Origin: an uncultured Bacteroidaceae bacterium
GTDB taxonomy: Bacteria; Bacteroidota; Bacteroidia; Bacteroidales; GCA-2748055
Assembly (NCBI GenBank): GCA_964589155.1
Contig: CAZPTO010000001.1
Location: 1 to 25,662 of the forward strand
Direction: 5' to 3'
DNA length: 25,662 nucleotides
A program made the position numbers and the translations under genes. This document shows positions 1 to 8,345 of the stretch, one piece after another. The notes below the pieces were generated by a model. That model was not told the DNA's origin. It worked only from the letters and a program-made list of their open reading frames with translations, and did no database searches. Numbering within the stretch: position 1 is the first letter of the stretch; every line of letters starts with the position of its first letter.

Positions 1-467
1 GATTGCGTGTGTCTGAACTTGTTGGTCTCAGGATCTCCGACCTGTTCAGCGATGAAGGCTTCGTGAGAATCATTGGGAAAGGGGACAAGGAAAGACTGAT
101 CCCGGTCAGCTCCACTGCCCTGAAAGAAATCGACAATTATATGCCGGACCGAAATGCAATGCTTGATATAGATAAAGGACACATGGATATCCTCTTCCTG
201 AACAGGCGCGGAAGACAACTCACCCGGGTCATGGTCTTTACAATCATCCGGCAACTTATTGAGAAAACCGGCATCCGCAAACGCATCAGTCCACATACCT
301 TCAGGCACTCCTTTGCCACACACCTCGTGAATGGAGGTGCGGATCTGCGCGCAGTACAGGAGATGCTTGGACATGAATCCATTGTTACCACTGAAATATA
401 TACACATCTCGACAGGGAATATCTCAGGGAGGCAATCATCAGCCACCATCCCCGGTCGCAGAAATAA
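1..467 (+). CDS. xerD: Site-specific tyrosine recombinase XerD/XerC, C-terminal catalytic part (5' end lies outside the window)
   Basis: Catalytic residues appear in order: (L)RVSEL (Arg), GKGDKER (Lys), HTFRHSFATH (His-x-x-Arg), LGH, TEIYTH (Tyr nucleophile). The C-terminal HHPR is typical of XerD. The ORF-track TTG at position 3 is an internal Leu, not the true start. Confidence 0.88.
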   Translation, partial: LRVSELVGLRISDLFSDEGFVRIIGKGDKERLIPVSSTALKEIDNYMPDRNAMLDIDKGHMDILFLNRRGRQLTRVMVFTIIRQLIEKTGIRKRISPHTFRHSFATHLVNGGADLRAVQEMLGHESIVTTEIYTHLDREYLREAIISHHPRSQK

Positions 468-606
468 ACAATGGTTTTTCGCTTCAGCAGGGGCACAACG
501 GGCTGCCCGGCCCCGAAATACTATGGTAGGTTGCCGCATCCGGAAATTGCCTCCCTGTTCGCAGGTAACAGCTCCCATAAGAAACAATTATTTAACTTTA
601 TTTAGA

Positions 607-636
607 ATTGTTTTATCGTTTTTTTAGATACATTTG
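607..636 (+). promoter_or_regulatory. Bacteroidetes primary-sigma promoter for ppdK
   Basis: Exact -7 box TACATTTG at 629-636 and a -33-like ATTG at 607-610 (18-nt spacer), followed by an AT-rich leader to the ATG at 698. Confidence 0.65.
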
Positions 637-697
637 TACTTTCGAAAAAATACCCATAGTTAACTTGTTCATTATTAACACTTAAAAGAATATAAGA

Positions 698-3415
698 ATG
701 TCGAAAGTTAAGCGTGTTTATACCTTTGGAGACAAGAAAGCTGAAGGAAAAGCTGACATGAAAAATTTGCTGGGTGGCAAAGGTGCCAACCTTGCTGAAA
801 TGAACCTGATCGGGGTTCCGGTGCCACCGGGATTCACCATCACCACAGATGTCTGTGCTGAATATTATGAGCTCGGACGTGAAAAGGTTGCAGAGCTGTT
901 GAAGCCCGAGGTTGAGGCAGCAGTGAAAAATGTTGAACAGATCATGGGCACAAAATTCGGTAGCAATGAAAATCCCTGCCTGATGTCTGTACGTTCTGGG
1001 GCAAGGGTTTCAATGCCCGGAATGATGGATACTGTGTTGAATCTCGGTATGAACGAGGACGCCGTGGAGGGGCTGATCGCAAAAACCGGGAATGAAAAAT
1101 TTGCATGGGACAGCTACCGTCGCTTTGTACAGATGTATGGCGATGTGGTATTGGGAATGAAACCCGAAAGCAAAGAGGATATCGATCCGTTTGAGGAGAT
1201 TCTTGAAGAGGTGAAAGAGGCAAAAGGTGTTCATAACGATAATGAACTGGACATTGAAGACCTGAAAGGACTGGTCGATAAATTCAAGGCTGCAGTGAAG
1301 AAGCAGACAGGTCATGAGTTCCCGGTTGATCCATGGGATCAGTTATGGGGTGCAGTAATGGCTGTGTTTGACAGCTGGAATACTGACAGGGCCATCTATT
1401 ATCGCACGATGCACCAGATCCCTGGAGAGTGGGGAACCGCTGTGAATGTGCAGGCCATGGTATTCGGTAACATGGGTAGCAAATCAGGTACAGGTGTTGC
1501 ATTCACAAGGGATGCTGCAACCGGCGAGGATATCTTCAACGGCGAATACCTGATCGATGCACAGGGAGAAGACGTGGTTGCAGGTGTGCGAACGCCACAA
1601 CAGATCACCAAAGAGGGTTCGCTTCGCTGGGCCAAACTGGCCAGGGTGCCAGAAGAAGAAAGGGTTTCAAAATTTCCTTCACTGGAGGAGTTAATGCCAG
1701 AAGTATATAAAGAGTTGGATGATACCCAGACGAAACTGGAGAACCACTACAAGGACATGCAGGACATCGAGTTCACCATCCAGGATGGTAAACTCTGGAT
1801 GCTCCAGACTCGTAACGGAAAAAGGACTGCTGCCTCTATGGTGAAGATTGCCATGGACCTGCTGCGTGATGGCATGATCGATGAAAAAACTGCATTGCTG
1901 CGACAGGAGCCGGCAAAACTGGATGAACTGTTGCACCCTGTTTTCGATAAAAAAGCAATGAAAGATGCTGAAGTGATCGCCAATGGGTTGCCTGCATCAC
2001 CGGGTGCAGCAACAGGACAGATCGTGTTCTTTGCTGATGAAGCTGCCAAATATCCCGAGGCAATTTTGGTACGTATCGAGACTTCTCCTGAGGACCTCGA
2101 AGGAATGAACATCGCAAACGGGATCCTTACCGCGCGTGGCGGGATGACCTCACATGCCGCTGTAGTTGCACGTGGCATGGGGAAATGCTGTGTATCAGGC
2201 GCAGGTGGAGTGAAGATCAATTACAGGGAACGTACCATGGTTGTCGGTGATAAGAAGCTGAAGGAAGGCGACTGGATCTCACTCGACGGAGGAGAAGGAA
2301 ACGTATATGAAGGTAAGATCACAACCATCGATCCTGAACTGAGTGGCGACTTCGCGGCCGTACTCGAACTTGCTGAAAAGCTTACCAAAATGGATGTCCG
2401 GACCAATGCCGACTCACCGAATGATGCACAGGTTGCCAGGGACTTCGGAGCAAAAGGAATTGGCCTTACCCGGACGGAACACATGTTCTTCGAGGGCGAG
2501 CGTATCATTGCCATGCGTGAAATGATCCTCGCATCTGATGAGACCGAGCGCCGCAAAGCCCTTGAGAAACTGCTGCCTTACCAGCGTGAGGACTTCGAGG
2601 GAATCCTTGAAGCCATGCATGGGTATGGAGTAACCATTCGTCTGCTTGACCCGCCTTTACATGAGTTTGTTCCGCACGATGAAGAGAATCAGAAGGAAAT
2701 GGCTGACCAGATGGGCGTTTCTGTGGATGATATCAAGGCACTTGTTGATGACCTGCATGAATTTAACCCCATGCTGGGACACAGGGGATGCCGTTTAGGG
2801 AATACATACCCTGAAATCACCGAGATGCAGGCCAGGGCGATCATCGAGGCAGCTGTTAACCTGAAGAAAAAAGGAGTTGATGCACATCCGGAGATCATGG
2901 TGCCACTGATTGGAACTGTTCAGGAATTCCAGATGCAGGAGGAGATCATTCGTACAACAGCCGAAAAGGTATTTGAAGAGAAAGGTGAGAGATGTGACTA
3001 CCTGGTGGGAACAATGATTGAGATCCCCAGGGCAGCACTTACAGCTGATGAGATTGCAAAACATGCTGAATTTTTCTCATTTGGTACCAACGACCTGACC
3101 CAGATGGGCTTTGGTTATTCACGTGATGATGCCGGTAAATTCCTGCCGATCTATATCAAGAAAGGGATCCTTAAAGTGGATCCTTTCCAGTCACTCGACC
3201 AGGAAGGTATCGGTCAGCTTGTGGAGATCGGAACCAACAAGGGACGCACTACCAACGCTGATCTGAAGGTAGGTATCTGTGGCGAACACGGCGGTGATCC
3301 GAGCTCTGTGGAGTTCTGCTACAAAGTAGGGATGAACTATGTGAGTTGTTCACCTTTCAGGGTGCCGATTGCGCGCCTTGCAGCAGCACAGGCCTCGGTC
3401 AAATACGATAGATAA
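698..3415 (+). CDS. ppdK: Pyruvate, phosphate dikinase (905 aa)
   Basis: N-terminal LLGGKGANLAEM, SVRSGARVSMPGMMDTVLNLG, phospho-His motif GGMTSHAAVVARG, FSFGTNDLTQ, catalytic Cys in GICGEHGG. Confidence 0.98.
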   Translation: MSKVKRVYTFGDKKAEGKADMKNLLGGKGANLAEMNLIGVPVPPGFTITTDVCAEYYELGREKVAELLKPEVEAAVKNVEQIMGTKFGSNENPCLMSVRSGARVSMPGMMDTVLNLGMNEDAVEGLIAKTGNEKFAWDSYRRFVQMYGDVVLGMKPESKEDIDPFEEILEEVKEAKGVHNDNELDIEDLKGLVDKFKAAVKKQTGHEFPVDPWDQLWGAVMAVFDSWNTDRAIYYRTMHQIPGEWGTAVNVQAMVFGNMGSKSGTGVAFTRDAATGEDIFNGEYLIDAQGEDVVAGVRTPQQITKEGSLRWAKLARVPEEERVSKFPSLEELMPEVYKELDDTQTKLENHYKDMQDIEFTIQDGKLWMLQTRNGKRTAASMVKIAMDLLRDGMIDEKTALLRQEPAKLDELLHPVFDKKAMKDAEVIANGLPASPGAATGQIVFFADEAAKYPEAILVRIETSPEDLEGMNIANGILTARGGMTSHAAVVARGMGKCCVSGAGGVKINYRERTMVVGDKKLKEGDWISLDGGEGNVYEGKITTIDPELSGDFAAVLELAEKLTKMDVRTNADSPNDAQVARDFGAKGIGLTRTEHMFFEGERIIAMREMILASDETERRKALEKLLPYQREDFEGILEAMHGYGVTIRLLDPPLHEFVPHDEENQKEMADQMGVSVDDIKALVDDLHEFNPMLGHRGCRLGNTYPEITEMQARAIIEAAVNLKKKGVDAHPEIMVPLIGTVQEFQMQEEIIRTTAEKVFEEKGERCDYLVGTMIEIPRAALTADEIAKHAEFFSFGTNDLTQMGFGYSRDDAGKFLPIYIKKGILKVDPFQSLDQEGIGQLVEIGTNKGRTTNADLKVGICGEHGGDPSSVEFCYKVGMNYVSCSPFRVPIARLAAAQASVKYDR

Positions 3416-3436
3416 ACAGCCGTATAATATTTTTTG

Positions 3437-3475
3437 AAAAAGCAGTAGAACTTTGTTTTTACTGCTTTTTTTTTT
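3437..3475 (+). terminator. Intrinsic terminator after ppdK
   Basis: AAAAAGCAGTA (3437-3447) is the exact reverse complement of TACTGCTTTTT (3460-3470). The T run continues to 3475. Confidence 0.85.
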
Positions 3476-3547
3476 GATCTTTGGTATGAATAGAACCCAG
3501 TTCAAGCTGAGGTTGCTCAGTGAGATACTTACCCAAACCATTTTATA

Positions 3548-5167
3548 ATGACCAGAAAACAAGTTGACCTCAACCTGGAGCAGTATGGAATCACCGGGAA
3601 TCCGGAAATACTGCACAACCCTTCCTATGAAGAACTGTATAGTGACGAGCTGCGTAATGATCTTGAGGGCTACGAAAAAGGTGTCGAATCAGAGTTTGGT
3701 GCTGTAAAAGTAGATACAGGCATCTTTACAGGGAGGTCTCCAAAGGACAAGTATATTGTGATGGATGAAACGACACACGATACCGTATGGTGGAAATCCG
3801 ACACAGCAAAATCTTCTGATAATAAGCCCATCAGTCCGGAAGTATGGGAGCATGGATACAAACTTGCATCAGAACAACTTTCAGGCAAACGGATCTTTGT
3901 AATGGATGCCTATTGCGGTGCCAATAAAGATAGCCGGCTCAAAGTGCGCTTCATCGTGGAGGTGGCCTGGCAGGCACATTTTGTGAAGAACATGTTCATC
4001 AGACCAGGCGATGAGGAACTGGCTGCATTCGAACCCGATTTCGTTATGCTGAATGCAGCGAAAACGACCAATCCCGACTGGAAGGAACAGGGGCTCCACT
4101 CCGAGGTCTTTGTTTTCTTTAACCTCACGGAGCGGATGGGAGTGATCGGGGGATCCTGGTATGGCGGGGAAATGAAAAAGGGAATCTTTTCAATCATGAA
4201 CTATTACCTGCCATTACGCGGCATTGCTGCTATGCATTGCTCGGCGAACGTGGGTGAAGATGGGGATACGGCAATCTTTTTTGGCCTTTCCGGAACAGGG
4301 AAAACGACCCTCTCCACAGATCCGAAAAGGGCATTGATCGGAGACGATGAACATGGGTGGGATGATGATGGTATCTTTAATTTTGAAGGCGGATGCTATG
4401 CCAAGACCATCCATTTAAGCGAGGAGAATGAACCTGATATCTATCATGCCATTAGACGGGACGCCCTTTTAGAGAATGTATCCGTGAATGCCGGGGGGAA
4501 GGTGGATTTCGACGATGGCTCGATCACGGAAAATACGCGCGTTTCTTATCCGATCTACCATATTGACAATATTGTTAAGCCTGTTTCCAGGGCGGGTCAT
4601 GCAAAACGCGTGATCTTTTTAACTGCAGATGCATTTGGGGTGATGCCACCGGTATCAAAGCTTACACCAGACCAGACGAAATATCATTTTCTATCTGGAT
4701 TTACGGCGAAACTTGCGGGCACAGAACTGGGGATTACGGAGCCTGTACCGGCTTTCTCGGCTTGTTTCGGAGCGGCTTTCCTGACCCTGCACCCAACAAC
4801 ATACGGAGAGGTGCTGGTGAAACGGATGAAGGCGGCAGGTTCAACGGCTTACCTGGTGAATACAGGCTGGAATGGCACAGGTAAAAGGATATCGATCAGG
4901 GATACCCGCGGAATCATTGACGCCATCCTGAATGGAAATATCGACCAGGCAGAGACCAAAATAATTCCCTTTTTCAACCTGGAAATTCCACAGTCCCTGG
5001 CGGGTGTTGACAATGCTATTCTTGATCCGCGCGACACATATGAGGATCCATCGGAGTGGGAAAGGAAAGCCAGGGACCTGGCATTAAAATTTATAGATAA
5101 TTTCAGGCAGTTTACTGATAATGCAGAGGGGCTCCGACTCGAACAGGTCGCGGGACCTGTGATCTGA
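3548..5167 (+). CDS. pckA: Phosphoenolpyruvate carboxykinase (ATP) (539 aa)
   Basis: [23 protein letters not shown]-loop [39 protein letters not shown]. Confidence 0.98.
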   Translation: MTRKQVDLNLEQYGITGNPEILHNPSYEELYSDELRNDLEGYEKGVESEFGAVKVDTGIFTGRSPKDKYIVMDETTHDTVWWKSDTAKSSDNKPISPEVWEHGYKLASEQLSGKRIFVMDAYCGANKDSRLKVRFIVEVAWQAHFVKNMFIRPGDEELAAFEPDFVMLNAAKTTNPDWKEQGLHSEVFVFFNLTERMGVIGGSWYGGEMKKGIFSIMNYYLPLRGIAAMHCSANVGEDGDTAIFFGLSGTGKTTLSTDPKRALIGDDEHGWDDDGIFNFEGGCYAKTIHLSEENEPDIYHAIRRDALLENVSVNAGGKVDFDDGSITENTRVSYPIYHIDNIVKPVSRAGHAKRVIFLTADAFGVMPPVSKLTPDQTKYHFLSGFTAKLAGTELGITEPVPAFSACFGAAFLTLHPTTYGEVLVKRMKAAGSTAYLVNTGWNGTGKRISIRDTRGIIDAILNGNIDQAETKIIPFFNLEIPQSLAGVDNAILDPRDTYEDPSEWERKARDLALKFIDNFRQFTDNAEGLRLEQVAGPVI

Positions 5168-5171
5168 TCCT

Positions 5172-5825
5172 ATGGAGGAAGCGCTTACATCTTTCACATT
5201 TCTTGCCTGGATGGCACCTGCAGCTTATTTGCTGGGTTCTTTACCAACAGCGGTATGGACAGGGCGTATTTTTCACGGCATCGATGTGCGTATGCATGGG
5301 AGCGGAAATGCCGGAGCTACCAATGTTATGCGTGTACTCGGCGTCAAAACCGGTGTGCCGGTGTTGCTGATTGATATGCTGAAAGGTTGGGCGGCTGTCC
5401 GCCTGTTGAAATTTCAACCGGATGTTGAAATAGGGGAGGAGAGATTCATGGTTCTTTCTATTGTGCTGGGGATCCTGGCAGTGACCGGTCATATATTTCC
5501 GGTGTTGGCAGGTTTCAGGGGAGGAAAAGGAGTAGCCACCATCAGCGGAGTATGTTTTGCCCTGCATCCGGCAGCCACGGCTGCGGCACTTGGAATATTT
5601 ATCCTGGTGCTGCTGCTTACAAAATATGTTTCAGTGGGTTCCATTTCTGCCGGGATCACTTTCCCGGTATGGGTGATCGTGGTGTTTCGATCACCGTATA
5701 TTTCCCTATGGATTTTTTCAATTGTGGCAGCACTGCTGCTTGTTATTACACATCGAAAGAATATTAAGCGATTGAAAAACGGTCAGGAAAACAAGGCCTC
5801 ATTTCTATTTAAGAAAATGAAATAG
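5172..5825 (+). CDS. plsY: Glycerol-3-phosphate 1-O-acyltransferase PlsY (217 aa)
   Basis: YLLGSLP, GSGNAGATN, D(M)LKG, GHIFPV...FRGGKGVAT, HRKNIKRL..GQE; multiple hydrophobic helices. Starts 4 nt after the pckA stop. Confidence 0.95.
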   Translation: MEEALTSFTFLAWMAPAAYLLGSLPTAVWTGRIFHGIDVRMHGSGNAGATNVMRVLGVKTGVPVLLIDMLKGWAAVRLLKFQPDVEIGEERFMVLSIVLGILAVTGHIFPVLAGFRGGKGVATISGVCFALHPAATAAALGIFILVLLLTKYVSVGSISAGITFPVWVIVVFRSPYISLWIFSIVAALLLVITHRKNIKRLKNGQENKASFLFKKMK

Positions 5826-5886
5826 ACATTGGTACAGCTTGTTATAAGAAATCGGTATAGCTGCAAATGGTCATTGGAAACAGCTA

Positions 5887-6678
5887 TTACTGTGTTTTGT
5901 CCCCGAATTCATCTTCCAGCTTCTGCGTCAGCACTTTGATGCCAATATTTTTCTGAAGGATGCCGTTTTCCGCAATGGAGATCTGTCCTGTCTCTTCCGA
6001 AACCACGATCACAAGCGAATCGGTTACTTCAGAGATACCCAGTGCAGCCCGGTGTCTGAGCCCATATTCCGGCGGAAGATCGGGTTTGTCGGTTACAGGC
6101 AGGATCACCCTTGCCGCCACCAACTGGTCGCGGTCCATCACCAGCGCGCCGTCATGCAGTGGCCCCGTCTTATTAAATATGCTCGTGATGAGCCTGCTGG
6201 ATGTGGCACTGTTCAGGATCTCAGCCGATTCAGTGTACATCTTCAGGTTCGATTTCCTGCGGATTACAATCAGTGCCCCGGTCTTGGTCTGCGACATCTG
6301 CATCACAGCCTTCAGTACCGATTTGATCGGAATCCTTGGTTTGGCTTCAAAACGCATGTTAAAAATGCGGTCCAGGCTGATCATATTGCCATCCACATAA
6401 CGTGATCCCATGTAGATCAGGAACCGGCGGATTTCCTGCTGGAAGACAATGATCAGTGCAATGACACCCACCCCGATTACCTGTCCGATGATCGAACTGA
6501 GCAATTCCATCTGCAAGGCCCGTGTAACCCACCAGAAAATGTAGATGACGGCGATTACGACGATGATGTTCAATGCAACTGTTCCCCTGACCAGTAAATA
6601 GAGCTGGTAGAGTAAAACGGCCACCAGGAGGATATCGATGATATCCAGCAGCCTGATATGAATGAATAATGATAACAT
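5887..6678 (-). CDS. dacA: Membrane-bound diadenylate cyclase (CdaA/DacA, DisA_N domain)
   Basis: Three N-terminal hydrophobic segments, FQQEIRRFL, and catalytic LHDGAL and GLRHRAALGISE..D motifs followed by VSEETG. Start placed at ATG 6678 (MLSLFIHIRLLDIIDILLV) rather than TTG 6696. Confidence 0.93.
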   Translation of the reverse strand: MLSLFIHIRLLDIIDILLVAVLLYQLYLLVRGTVALNIIVVIAVIYIFWWVTRALQMELLSSIIGQVIGVGVIALIIVFQQEIRRFLIYMGSRYVDGNMISLDRIFNMRFEAKPRIPIKSVLKAVMQMSQTKTGALIVIRRKSNLKMYTESAEILNSATSSRLITSIFNKTGPLHDGALVMDRDQLVAARVILPVTDKPDLPPEYGLRHRAALGISEVTDSLVIVVSEETGQISIAENGILQKNIGIKVLTQKLEDEFGDKTQ

Positions 6679-6685
6679 TCCTGAA

Positions 6686-6693
6686 CAAATGTA
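6686..6693 (-). promoter_or_regulatory. Possible -7 promoter box for dacA
   Basis: TACATTTG on the minus strand in the short folP-dacA gap. No TTTG at the canonical -33 spacing. Confidence 0.35.
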
Positions 6694-6713
6694 CAAAAAG
6701 ATGTGGAAAGCAG

Positions 6714-7592
6714 TCAGCGAAATTTACGTACCGACTGGTTGAAAATGGTTACAGCCTCCTTTGCTTCCCTGACATCGTGCACCCTGATGATGTTCACCCC
6801 TCCCTGCAGGAGAAGCATGTGGACTGCTGTCGTGCCATTCAGCGCTTCTTCGCTGGATGATTCCAGGAGCTTGTAGATCATTGATTTTCGCGATACTCCT
6901 GCAACGACAGGCAGTCCGAACATTTGAAAGGCACTTATCTGACCGAGCAGTTCATAATTGTGATCCATGGTCTTGCCGAACCCAAACCCCGGGTCAAGCA
7001 ATACATCTGATATACCCTTATTGTGCAAGAGGTGCACTTTCCGGGAAAAATACTGAATGATCTCGTCCGTGACATTATGATATACCGGGTTGTCCTGCAT
7101 GTCTCCCGGGACGCCCTTCATATGCATGACAATATAAGGTACATTCAGTTTTGAAACCATTGGAATCATCTCAGGATCCAGCGCACCGGCAGAGATATCA
7201 TTGATAATATCTGCCTCAAAATGTGTTACAACCATTTTTGCTACATCGGCACTGTATGTGTCAACGGACAGGATCAGGTCGGGGAATTCGTCCCGCACCA
7301 GTTGTAACACGGGTTCGAGCCTGGCAATTTCTTCTCCGGACTCCATCAGTCCCGCACCAGGCCTGGAGGATGCTGCTCCGATATCAATAATATCGGCACC
7401 TTCGTTTACCATTTCCCGCACCCTTTGCAGCGCAGCTGTGGGATCATTATACGCGCCTCCATCAAAGAAAGAATCCGGCGTTACATTCAGGACACCCATG
7501 ATTTTGGGAGTTTCCAAATTCAACAACCTGCCCCTGCAATTGAGACTGCGGTTCTTTGAAAAAAATGTATCTTTGGCGATGTTTTCAGGCAT
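6714..7592 (-). CDS. folP: Dihydropteroate synthase (about 292 aa)
   Basis: IMGVLNVTPDSFFDGG, DIIDIGAASSRPG, SVDT, INDISAG, LLDPGFGFGK, GVSRKS, IIRVHDV. The ORF-track extension to 7748 overlaps tmk and is not credible, so the start is placed at ATG 7592 (MPENIAKD). Confidence 0.95.
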   Translation of the reverse strand: MPENIAKDTFFSKNRSLNCRGRLLNLETPKIMGVLNVTPDSFFDGGAYNDPTAALQRVREMVNEGADIIDIGAASSRPGAGLMESGEEIARLEPVLQLVRDEFPDLILSVDTYSADVAKMVVTHFEADIINDISAGALDPEMIPMVSKLNVPYIVMHMKGVPGDMQDNPVYHNVTDEIIQYFSRKVHLLHNKGISDVLLDPGFGFGKTMDHNYELLGQISAFQMFGLPVVAGVSRKSMIYKLLESSSEEALNGTTAVHMLLLQGGVNIIRVHDVREAKEAVTIFNQSVRKFR

Positions 7593-7656
7593 ATTGTCAT
7601 TGGAAAAACGATGACAAATTAAGTAAAAATAATTTATATTCAACCGAAAAGCAGTA

Positions 7657-8331
7657 ATGAGATTCCTCGTTATAGAAGGATTAGACGGATCGGGAAAATC
7701 AACACAGGTGGGGATGCTGCGTACACACCTGGAGCACAGGGAGATCAAATATCGCTACCTGCATTTTCCGCGTCTTGAAGAAGGAGTGTATGGCAAGTTG
7801 ATTGCACGCTTCCTGAGGGGAGAAATGGGCGCCAATGACCAGGTGGACCCCTACCTGGTAGCACTCATATTTGCAGGAGATCGAAAGGACGCAACACCGG
7901 TTATGGAGCAATGGATGGAGGAGGATTACCTGGTGATCGTGGACCGCTATGTATATTCAAATATTGCATTTCAATGTGCTAAACTCAATGATTTACAGGA
8001 GCAGAAGCAGCTTGCGGACTGGATCATGGATTTGGAATACAGGGAACACATGTTACCTGTTCCGGATATGAATATTTTTTTAGATGTTCCTTTCGATTTT
8101 ACAAAGGAGCGGCTGACCGGGCACCGAAGTGGTGAGGACCGGCAATACCTGAATGGCAGGCAGGATATTCATGAGAACGATCTTTCATTCCAGGAAAGGG
8201 TCAGGGAGGTATATCATTCGATTTGTACCGGGCTGGGTGATCTGAATATTGTGAACTGCGCCGACGAACAGGGAAAAATGAAATCGCCTGAGGCAATTTT
8301 TAACGACCTGATCCGCGTGACCGGGTTATAA
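7657..8331 (+). CDS. tmk: Thymidylate kinase (224 aa)
   Basis: FLVIEGLDGSGKSTQ P-loop, LIFAGDR, VIVDRYVYSNIAFQ, PDMNIFLDVP, HE.DLSFQERVREVY. Confidence 0.93.
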   Translation: MRFLVIEGLDGSGKSTQVGMLRTHLEHREIKYRYLHFPRLEEGVYGKLIARFLRGEMGANDQVDPYLVALIFAGDRKDATPVMEQWMEEDYLVIVDRYVYSNIAFQCAKLNDLQEQKQLADWIMDLEYREHMLPVPDMNIFLDVPFDFTKERLTGHRSGEDRQYLNGRQDIHENDLSFQERVREVYHSICTGLGDLNIVNCADEQGKMKSPEAIFNDLIRVTGL

Positions 8332-8345
8332 AAAAAGTTTTATTT

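Noticed and set aside
1-467. Tyrosine recombinase as a sign of a prophage or integrative element
   Set aside because: It is XerD-like (HHPR end) and followed by housekeeping genes. I saw no att site, tRNA or cargo genes.
7593-7748. N-terminal extension of FolP to 344 aa
   Set aside because: It overlaps tmk on the opposite strand and crosses AT-rich promoter DNA; ATG 7592 gives a normal length.
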